NCBI GenBank assembly: GCA_038831915.1
Contig: JAWBKB010000020.1
Location: 1 to 23,647 of the forward strand
Source: Candidatus Caldarchaeum sp.
GTDB lineage: Archaea; Thermoproteota; Nitrososphaeria_A; Caldarchaeales; Caldarchaeaceae
Length of the DNA: 23,647 nucleotides
Direction: 5' to 3'
Under the pieces are notes generated by a model that searched no databases, was not told the DNA's origin, and saw only the letters and a program-made list of their open reading frames with translations. Each line of letters opens with the position of its first letter. Position 1 is the first letter of the stretch. Of the stretch, positions 17,584 through 23,647 are shown piece by piece. The position numbers were made by a program, and so were the translations under genes.

Positions 17584-18488
17584 TAACGCGGCTCGACCAG
17601 CTTCCATCCAGAGAAGCGATAAGCCCAGGACACAACGCATGCGCGGGATGCGGAGCCATGGTAACAATCCGGCAAATCCTCTTAGCCGCACCCCGGCCAC
17701 TAATCGCCGTCAACGCAACCGGCTGCCTCGAAGTAGTAACCTCACCCTATCCCTACACAGCCTGGAACATACCATGGCTTCACGTCGCCTTCGAAAACGT
17801 CGCCGCAGCCGCTTCAGGCATCGAAGCCGCCTTAAAGGCCCTTGAACGAAAAGGACTCGGCCGAAGACACAACATAATTGCTTTCGCCGGCGACGGCGGA
17901 ACATTCGACATCGGTCTTCAAGCTCTGTCCGGTGCTTTGGAACGCGGCCACCGTTTACTGTTCGTGTGCTACGACAACGAAGCATACATGAACACAGGTA
18001 TTCAGCGTTCCGCGGGAACACCGACGGGCGCGTGGACATCGACCACGCCAAGCGGAAAACCCGAAAACAAGAAAGACATCATGGCCATCGTACTCGCCCA
18101 CGGTGTTAAATACGCCGCAACAGCTACCCCGTTCTTCTGGAAAGACCTCGTCAACAAAGTCGCCAAAGCATTCACGTTCGACGGGCCCACCTTCATGCAT
18201 GTCTACGCGCCATGTCCACGCGGATGGTACACAGAACCCGACAAAACGATACAGCTTTCCAAACTCGCCGTCGAAACCCGCTACTTCCCCCTCTACGAAG
18301 TCGAAAACGACAGATACAAAATCAACTACTACGTAGCACAACCCAAACCACTCGAAGAATTCCTCAAACTCCAGAACCGCTACCACATCCTGCTAAGGCC
18401 CGAAAACGGCCACCTACTCGAAAAACTCAAAACCGAAGTCCAAGAACGCTGGATCAAGCTAACCAAGCTCGCCGCCGCATCAGCCTAA
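17580..18488 (+). CDS. porB: 2-oxoacid:ferredoxin oxidoreductase beta subunit (TPP-binding)
   Basis: PGHNACAGCG, NATGCLEV, GDGGTFDIGLQALSG, YDNEAYMNTGIQRS, PCPRGW. Confidence 0.95.
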   Translation: MITRLDQLPSREAISPGHNACAGCGAMVTIRQILLAAPRPLIAVNATGCLEVVTSPYPYTAWNIPWLHVAFENVAAAASGIEAALKALERKGLGRRHNIIAFAGDGGTFDIGLQALSGALERGHRLLFVCYDNEAYMNTGIQRSAGTPTGAWTSTTPSGKPENKKDIMAIVLAHGVKYAATATPFFWKDLVNKVAKAFTFDGPTFMHVYAPCPRGWYTEPDKTIQLSKLAVETRYFPLYEVENDRYKINYYVAQPKPLEEFLKLQNRYHILLRPENGHLLEKLKTEVQERWIKLTKLAAASA

Positions 18489-18499
18489 AATTCAAACCC

Positions 18500-18507
18500 T
18501 TTTATCA
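18500..18507 (+). promoter_or_regulatory. Putative TATA box TTTTATCA for the coiled-coil nuclease gene
   Basis: About 31-38 bp upstream of GTG 18538 in a 49-bp intergenic gap. Confidence 0.5.
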
Positions 18508-18537
18508 CCCAACACACTTTTCACCCACAGGACAGAG

Positions 18538-19178
18538 GTGTCAATTAAAGAGGAATTTCTCAAACTCCTGAAAGAAGACGAAACATTCCGGTATACTGTA
18601 GCGGGATACATTGGGTTAACGGAAATCCTTTCACGAATCGACGCCAACACAGCAGACATCAAAGTTCTTCAAGAACAGGTAAAAACTCTACAAGACCAAG
18701 TCAGAACACTTCAGGAACAGGTGAAGGCTTTGCAAGAGCAGGTGGCTAAACAGGGTGAAATTCTCGCCGAACACACCGTGAGGCTTGACAAGTTAACGAG
18801 AACTTTGGGAGCCATCGGGACTCGGTGGGGCATTTTGTCAGAATCCGCTTTCCGCGAAGGTTTGAAAGGAGTGGTTGAGAAACATTTTGGAGGAAAGATA
18901 TCCCGGTGGGGGCCTTTGACAAAGCGGGCGTCGTGTATGGCCATCCGGCTCTTGTGGAGGTCGATGTATTGGTGCGGGACAAAGAACATTTACTCGCCGA
19001 AATCAAGTCAAGCATCAGCCGCGGAGACGTGGCAGAGCTTCAACGAGTGGCGGCGATGTATGAAACGGAGATGGGTGTCAAACCCAAGCTCTGCATCATA
19101 ACCCCATACATCGACGACAAGGCGAAAGAGCTTGCGAAATCACTTAACATAGATGTGTATTCGGCGACAGAAATCTAG
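18538..19178 (+). pseudogene. Archaeal coiled-coil + PD-(D/E)XK nuclease-like protein (DUF3782-like), split by a -1 frameshift at G5 18908-18912
   Basis: EEFLKLLKEDETFRYTVAGYIG, heptad coiled coil, AIGTRWGILSESAFREG; then in the -1 frame FDKAGVVYGHPALVEVDVLVRD..HLLAEIKSS.SRGDV...IITPYIDDKAKELAKSLNI. Confidence 0.8.
18661..18744 (+). repeat. Four degenerate 21-bp tandem repeats encoding heptads KVLQEQV/KTLQDQV/RTLQEQV/KALQEQV
   Basis: Units start at 18661, 18682, 18703 and 18724. Confidence 0.85.
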
Positions 19179-19576
19179 CATCGTGAAGGCTGTTTTTCTC
19201 TGACCCACTCGGTTGAATAGGGTTTGCTGGTGATGATGCAGAGGAATTCAGCTTCTTCTTTCCCTGTGTTTCGGTAGCTGTGAACGGTTTTCGCGGGAAT
19301 GAAAATCGCGTCGCCCTGCTTAACTCTGTGAACGACCCCGTTCAACACGACCTCATATTCTCCGCGTAACACATATTGAACATGCTCCATGTCGGGATGA
19401 CTGTGGGATGGAATTTCACCGCCCGGCTTGATGACGAACCTGCGCAAGTAAATGTTTTCCGACCCGTCCCTCACATCAACCAGCCACTGAATGTAGGTGT
19501 CTGTGGCGTTTTCAACCGGTTTCAACTCGACGGAGCCGCTGCTCTTGACAGACGGCTCGACTTTCACAGCATCCAT
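19175..19576 (-). CDS. Cupin-domain protein (cupin_2)
   Basis: LRRFVIKPGGEIPSHSHPDMEHVQYVLRGE...GDAIFIPAKTVHSYRNTG...FLCI; TATA-like TTTTATT ~25-31 bp upstream on the minus strand. Confidence 0.9.
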   Translation of the reverse strand: MDAVKVEPSVKSSGSVELKPVENATDTYIQWLVDVRDGSENIYLRRFVIKPGGEIPSHSHPDMEHVQYVLRGEYEVVLNGVVHRVKQGDAIFIPAKTVHSYRNTGKEEAEFLCIITSKPYSTEWVREKQPSRC

Positions 19577-19630
19577 CCGCTTTTTGCATCGTTAAACAGG
19601 AATAAAACCCTTAGCAGTGCCAGATGAATG

Positions 19631-20466
19631 TATCACAACGCGGAAGTAATACCGGGAAATTCTCAGAATACGTATACTGGATGTGACGCGGCGTGATGCA
19701 AAAATAACGCGGTTTACCAAACTGTATTCCAGAAAAAGGTTGAACGACGCATCCGACGGAAAGCCAAAATACGCCGAAATAAGGCGGAAAATCGCGGAAG
19801 ACAAATTTCTCCAAGAACTCGTCAAAAAGTCAAACCTGACGCAGAAACAGGTGGAAACACTTATCTTCGACGTGATATCACAGCGTGACGGCGTGAGGTT
19901 GACATCACAGGAACGTGCCGCGCTACGCGGCGTCACAAAAGGAAGCTTCATACGAACCCGGAAACAGGCGTTGCGCAACATCCAAAAATCATTCATCACA
20001 CTGATCCTGCTCAGCTACCTTGGACTGATTAAACTACCTGAATACAATTGGTTCTATCGGCTGAGCGACGCATTCGAGGAAAAAGACTGGGAAGCCGTCA
20101 GGGAATTTCTAGTCTCTCTGGAGGTTTGAGGCAGGGTTGGAGGTTTTAACAGCTGTCTTCGCCCTTCTTTTCGTCACCCAAACCGCTGTCTTCATTTATC
20201 TATATAGAAGGGCTGTGACGAACCGTGATATCACACAGAAGGACAAAGAAAATCACACACCATCAGGGCCTCAGCAGACTCATGAAACGACAAACCGCTC
20301 AAAAAGCTACGACAAACCAACGCTGCACAGCTCAGCTATCGCTGCTTTAAGGCTAATTAGGGAGAAGGGAAGCGTGACATCAAGGGACGTGAGCCGTAGC
20401 CTGAACCTCAGCAGAGAGCACACAGCCCGCGTCATGAAAAACCTCTACGAAATGGGGCTGGTGACA
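19631..20466. repeat. Dispersed array of the GTGAYRTCAC palindrome and GTGAYR/YRTCAC half-sites
   Basis: Identical CGTGATATCACA at 19871-19882 and 20224-20235; one-mismatch palindromes at 19899-19908 and 20374-20383; TGTGACG-NNN-CGTGAT at 19682-19697 and 20214-20229; 15 hexamer half-sites counted by hand in ~835 bp. Confidence 0.75.
19740..20129 (+). CDS. Tfx-like helix-turn-helix DNA-binding protein
   Basis: SNLTQKQVETL...TSQERAALRGVTKGSFIRTRKQALRNIQKSFITL parallels the Tfx/sigma-region-4 pattern LT..Q...L...TQ.EIA..LG.S...S.....A..NI.K...TL. Start TTG 19740 inferred (the ORF is open from GTG 19683). Confidence 0.6.
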   Translation: MNDASDGKPKYAEIRRKIAEDKFLQELVKKSNLTQKQVETLIFDVISQRDGVRLTSQERAALRGVTKGSFIRTRKQALRNIQKSFITLILLSYLGLIKLPEYNWFYRLSDAFEEKDWEAVREFLVSLEV

Positions 20467-20607
20467 AGGTCTGGCAAACCTTTTAAATACAACTTAACCG
20501 AAAAAGGGCTCGCCATAATCGCCTCAAATAGCACCAAAAACCATGGTTCACAAACTTTTATCGATATCCCAAGAATAGCCCCAAATCCTGCTTCAAATGA
20601 AGAATAG
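20137..20607 (+). CDS. Membrane-anchored winged-helix DNA-binding protein
   Basis: N-terminal hydrophobic helix VLTAVFALLFVTQTAVFIYLY followed by RR, a polar linker, then wHTH ALRLIREKGSVTSRDVSRSLNLSREHTARVMKNLYEMGLVTR..KPFKYNLTEKG; 7 bp after the upstream stop. Confidence 0.8.
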   Translation: MEVLTAVFALLFVTQTAVFIYLYRRAVTNRDITQKDKENHTPSGPQQTHETTNRSKSYDKPTLHSSAIAALRLIREKGSVTSRDVSRSLNLSREHTARVMKNLYEMGLVTRSGKPFKYNLTEKGLAIIASNSTKNHGSQTFIDIPRIAPNPASNEE

Positions 20608-20980
20608 CGCCCTCAAGCTTCTCTGGTGAGGGGTTAACGCTGTAGCCCCTGAGCGTGTAGACAATTAACCTCTCGCTGGGGTCTAAGAATTTCATTAGGT
20701 CAAATTCTAAACGGTGTCTGTTCAAAGGAAGGTCCTGCAGTTCCTCAGCAGTGATAGACGATGAGTCTGACCTTCCGATGACATATAGATACATTTTCGC
20801 AATAAAGAACGTCAGCAACATCAGGTCCTCTCGTCTGGGCAGATTAAACAGCAGATATATATTGCCCTCGTTTGAGACACGGAACAATCTTTCCAAAAAT
20901 TTCTCATGATTTTTGAAGATTTTACTAAGCAGTTGTTTGTCCACTACAAGCTTTCGATATGTGGAGAATTTACGTCGCAA
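20558..20980 (-). CDS. Hypothetical protein, divergent paralog of the upstream gene
   Basis: 140-aa ORF 2 bp after the upstream stop; aligns by eye with 20983-21402. Confidence 0.65.
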   Translation of the reverse strand: MRRKFSTYRKLVVDKQLLSKIFKNHEKFLERLFRVSNEGNIYLLFNLPRREDLMLLTFFIAKMYLYVIGRSDSSSITAEELQDLPLNRHRLEFDLMKFLDPSERLIVYTLRGYSVNPSPEKLEGAILHLKQDLGLFLGYR

Positions 20981-20982
20981 CT

Positions 20983-21402
20983 TCAGTCAACTTGTTTTTT
21001 CTCTTTCAGCGTTTCAAGCCTTCTTGACAACCTGTCCCTGAGGCTTTTGATGCCTACTATGGTGATTTCATACCTTCCTCTTTCTCTACGGACTATTTCG
21101 GTCCGAGCTATACTTTCAGTGAGACGGGCCGCCACAACCTTCTGAGGCAGGTTTGTTTGTTTCACTATTTCGCCTAGCTCTGCTTCGGCTGTTGACGCGA
21201 GGCCTGCTATGTTTGCCAGCTTCTTACCTGTTAAGTAGAGATGCAAGAGGTCGGTGGATGTGGCGTTTGCTGTGTCTAGCAGCACGAAAACCCGCCCATC
21301 CTCTGTAATCCTTAGAAATTCCTTGAAAAACTTCACGTCATCAGGAGTTATCTCTTGCTTAACGACAAGCTCCTTCTTTATCAGGTCTTTGAGCTCGTCC
21401 AT
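20983..21402 (-). CDS. Hypothetical protein with probable C-terminal winged helix
   Basis: Start ATG 21402 (MDELKDLIKK) with TTTATAA 26-32 bp upstream; ELGEIVKQTNLPQKVVAARLTE...IVRRERGRYEIT is wHTH-like. Confidence 0.7.
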   Translation of the reverse strand: MDELKDLIKKELVVKQEITPDDVKFFKEFLRITEDGRVFVLLDTANATSTDLLHLYLTGKKLANIAGLASTAEAELGEIVKQTNLPQKVVAARLTESIARTEIVRRERGRYEITIVGIKSLRDRLSRRLETLKEKKQVD

Positions 21403-21427
21403 CTTAACCTTATCCGTCGCTCGGTGG

Positions 21428-21434
21428 TTATAAA
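21428..21434 (-). promoter_or_regulatory. TATA box TTTATAA for the 21402 operon
   Basis: Canonical archaeal TATA at -26 to -32 from the ATG, consistent with a leaderless transcript. Confidence 0.65.
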
Positions 21435-21473
21435 TGTTCAAAAGATGGTTTTTGGCGGTATTTGAGTTTGGCA

Positions 21474-21500
21474 ATAACTCGGTTATACAGTGGTTTATAT
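21474..21500 (+). promoter_or_regulatory. Palindrome ATAAC-N3-GTTAT (21474-21486) plus TATA box TTTATAT (21494-21500) of cytX
   Basis: TATA at -26 to -32 from ATG 21526; the palindrome lies just upstream of the BRE position. Confidence 0.55.
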
Positions 21501-21525
21501 TGTAGACGCGGGCTTGGCTAAGCAA

Positions 21526-22824
21526 ATGAGGATGAGGCTTCCGCCAGAGTGGGGTCCTGAAGCCGTTCCGCAGGTGGCGCGTCAACTAAGGTTCTTTGAC
21601 TACTTCGTTCTCTGGTCAAGCCTAGGCGTAGGTCTTCTGGTGATGGTTGCGGGTTCTTTCCTTTCCTCGCTCGGCTTGGTCGAGGTGTTGGCTGTGGCTG
21701 TCGCAGGCTCGGTCGTCGGCAGCTTGATGCTGGCTGTAGCCGGCGCTGTGGGCAGCAGGTACGGCGTCCCAACCATGGTCAGCCTAAGGCCTGTTCTGGG
21801 GCTGAGGGGAAGCTACGTACCGACGGCGCTCAACATAGTCCAGCTAGTTGGCTGGACTGGGTTTGAGATAATGATAATGGCTCAGGCAGCGTCTGTTTTG
21901 ACTGGCTGGCTTTTCGGCGGCCTCAGCTTCCCCATCTGGGTGATTGTGTTCAGCCTCTGGTGTATGTTTCTTGCCTTGGGAGGGCCTCTCGTCGTCGTCA
22001 GGAAATGGCTTGAAAGGGTTGCGATCTGGCTTGTCTACATATCATCCATCTGGATAACATATTTGGTGGTAAGCTCACCCGCCTTCAGCGGATGGTTTAC
22101 AGCCCGTAGCCCCGAGGCAATCCCTATACTGTTGGCCCTAGACCTCGTTGTGGCCATGCCGATATCATGGTGGCCGCTTGTCTCCGACTACAACAGGTTT
22201 TCCCTCAAGCCGTCGGGAAGCTTCCTCGGAACGCTCACAGGATACACCGTATCCAACGCATGGTTCTACTTCCTCGGAGCAGCCCTCGTAGCCGTCTTAG
22301 GCATCAACGACATAATCTCGGCGATTGGTGCTCTTTTCCTCGGAAACGCGGCGCTGCTTCTAATCCTCGTCGACGAAACAGACAACGGCTTCGCTGACAT
22401 CTACTCCTCGGCGGTTTCATTCCAGAACATTTTCACCAAGACGCCGCAGTGGGTTTTCGCAGCCTTCACAACAGCCGCCGGCGCTGTTCTCGCCCTAACA
22501 GTTCCGCTCATGCAGTATGAGTGGTTCCTTCTGTTGATAGGCTCGCTGTTTGTTCCGCTTCTCGGAGTCATGGTGTCAGAGTTCTTCATAAACAGGAGAG
22601 CTAGCCAGCCCAATGTTGAAGAGTTTTACAAACCAAGCGGCTTCAAGCCCGGAAACTTCATAGCATGGTTTTCAGGAATCGCTGTTTACATCACCATAGT
22701 CCAGCTGGCTCCAACCATCGGAGCATCAATTCCATCTTTCGCCGTTGCCGTAGCAGTGTCAGTCATCGCCCACCAAATAGCCAAACGTGTCGCAAAACCA
22801 ACCGCAGAGAAAATAGCCGAATGA
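21526..22824 (+). CDS. cytX: NCS1/purine-cytosine permease family transporter, CytX-like (putative hydroxymethylpyrimidine uptake)
   Basis: About 12 TM helices; LWSSLGVGLLV, GVPTMVSLRPVLG.RGS..P..LNIVQLVGWT.FEI, AMPISWWPLVSDYNRF, DETDNGFADIYS, FLLLIGSLFVPL.GV. Confidence 0.85.
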   Translation: MRMRLPPEWGPEAVPQVARQLRFFDYFVLWSSLGVGLLVMVAGSFLSSLGLVEVLAVAVAGSVVGSLMLAVAGAVGSRYGVPTMVSLRPVLGLRGSYVPTALNIVQLVGWTGFEIMIMAQAASVLTGWLFGGLSFPIWVIVFSLWCMFLALGGPLVVVRKWLERVAIWLVYISSIWITYLVVSSPAFSGWFTARSPEAIPILLALDLVVAMPISWWPLVSDYNRFSLKPSGSFLGTLTGYTVSNAWFYFLGAALVAVLGINDIISAIGALFLGNAALLLILVDETDNGFADIYSSAVSFQNIFTKTPQWVFAAFTTAAGAVLALTVPLMQYEWFLLLIGSLFVPLLGVMVSEFFINRRASQPNVEEFYKPSGFKPGNFIAWFSGIAVYITIVQLAPTIGASIPSFAVAVAVSVIAHQIAKRVAKPTAEKIAE

Positions 22825-22870
22825 ACAACCCTCCTTTACGGCTTAAGGTATAGGCAGACAAAAATCTGAA

Positions 22871-22878
22871 TTTTAAAT
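22871..22878 (+). promoter_or_regulatory. TATA box TTTTAAAT for ATG 22903
   Basis: At -25 to -32 from ATG 22903. Confidence 0.55.
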
Positions 22879-22902
22879 TCCAGTTCCAAAAGACTGCTAA
22901 AC

Positions 22903-23323
22903 ATGCCTATATTCCGGCTGGGAAATGATGGCAAAATTAGAGTACACAGAGGTAAAAATCGCGGAAGAAAGGCTTAGGTCATTATTTGAAAGCCACGGCT
23001 TGGTCTTTATCGAGAGAGAAATCACTTTTGTTGATAGAAATGTACCAGCGGGCGATGGGTTTATCGATACATTAGGTCTTGATGAACAACTCCGTCCGGT
23101 TATTATCGAGTACAAGGTCAACAAAGAAGCGTCTGCAGACGCACTCGTCCAAGCACTATCCTACTCCTACCACATCGCTAACGACCAAGAATACTATGCC
23201 AAGTTGTTTAAACAAAAGTTACCGAAGCTCAAAGACATAGATTTCGATAACGTGAGGATAGTGATTGTAGCTCCAGAGTTTTCTAGACATGTGGTAGATG
23301 CAGCGAAAGCGGGTCAGGTATGA
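22903..23323 (+). pseudogene. NucS/EndoMS-like PD-(D/E)XK nuclease-domain gene, 3'-truncated, probable frameshift at A4 22933-22936
   Basis: EERLRSLFE, GFIDTLGLDEQLRPVIIEYK, ALVQALSY, RIVIVAPEF. MPIFRLGNDGK from ATG 22903 joins LEYTEVK if one A is removed; ends abruptly in antisense AbrB sequence. Confidence 0.7.
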
Positions 23324-23444
23324 ACTCCAGAACAAGCCTACTGCCTTCAACCCTCATCAGAACTTTGTCGTTCTCGTCTATCCCTAACTGCTCACATACA
23401 TGCTTAGGAATGTAAACTGCTCCTTTCTTACCAATCTTCGACAC
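23283..23444 (-). pseudogene. AbrB/MazE/SpoVT-family antitoxin remnant (3'-truncated)
   Basis: Not in the ORF track (53 aa): VSKIGKKGAVYIPKHVCEQLGIDENDKVLMRVEGSRLVLEFIPDPLSL, then nuclease antisense sequence. TATA-like TTATATTT at 23500-23493. Confidence 0.8.
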
Positions 23445-23520
23445 TACCGTCTGACTCGAATGACCCTACCATACTACGGAAAGAAGCCAGATAAATATAA
23501 GAATTCTGGTAGAAGCTTAA

Positions 23521-23647
23521 GGTACTGTCAACCAAGTAATACGCCTCCTTCTGTCTTGGTTTTTATGAGTGTGTTGTGTATTAGGGCTATTGCTGCTGCT
23601 ATCTCCTCAACACTCTTGACAGTCTTTGAGTTTATGTTGTTGTAGAA
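23521..23647 (-). mobile_element. Right end of a second, different IS6-family element (continues beyond the window)
   Basis: TIR GGTACTGTCAAC at 23521-23532 (11/12 identical to the first IS end). The minus strand encodes a transposase-like C-terminus FYNNINSKTVKSVEEIAAAIALIHN...GGVLLG* with TGA inside the TIR (23530-23528), the same layout as the first IS. Confidence 0.8.

Noticed and set aside
18661-18744. 21-bp repeats as a CRISPR array
   Set aside because: No spacers, degenerate at synonymous positions, in-frame heptad coding repeat. No CRISPR array, tRNA or rRNA was recognised in the window.
19631-20466. GTGA/TCAC sites as ORB origin boxes or CRP sites
   Set aside because: No ORB-like TCCA..GAAA plus G-string, no AT-rich unwinding element and no cdc6 in the window; half-site spacing is 2 bp rather than the 6 bp of CRP sites.
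21435-21525. TPP riboswitch upstream of cytX
   Set aside because: No CTGAGA or other TPP aptamer core, and the TATA position implies a leaderless mRNA.
22842-22856. CTTAAGGTATAGGC resembling the inner part of the IS6 left end
   Set aside because: Lacks the terminal GGnACTGTCAA core; too short to distinguish from chance.
23400-23645. 81-aa plus-strand ORF
   Set aside because: Antisense shadow across the AbrB remnant, its promoter and the IS6 end.

Overview
Archaeal chromosomal window. Gene content (tfe, trm56, A/V-type ATPase subunit I, porCDAB, TATA-box promoters, many TTG/GTG starts) suggests a thermophilic TACK archaeon, probably Caldiarchaeum/Aigarchaeota-like; the taxon is an inference. 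Intact housekeeping genes alternate with a decaying accessory layer: a 5'-truncated class II photolyase, an IS6 element abutting a broken tetrathionate-reductase-type operon (ttrC, a ttrA pseudogene, a TorD-like chaperone, no ttrB), a DUF488 remnant fused head-to-head with a frameshifted LAGLIDADG gene, a frameshifted coiled-coil PD-(D/E)XK gene, a nuclease remnant fused tail-to-tail with an AbrB antitoxin remnant, and the end of a second IS6. Two candidate undescribed systems stand out. (1) A two-gene operon encoding a Tfx-like HTH protein and a membrane-anchored winged-helix protein, whose promoter and coding DNA are densely seeded with a GTGAYRTCAC palindrome and its half-sites, suggesting a centromere-like or membrane-tethering locus. 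(2) Two tandem paralogous nucleotidyltransferases (COG1665-like) converging on an atypical kinase. All family assignments come from motif recognition by eye; no database search was run.
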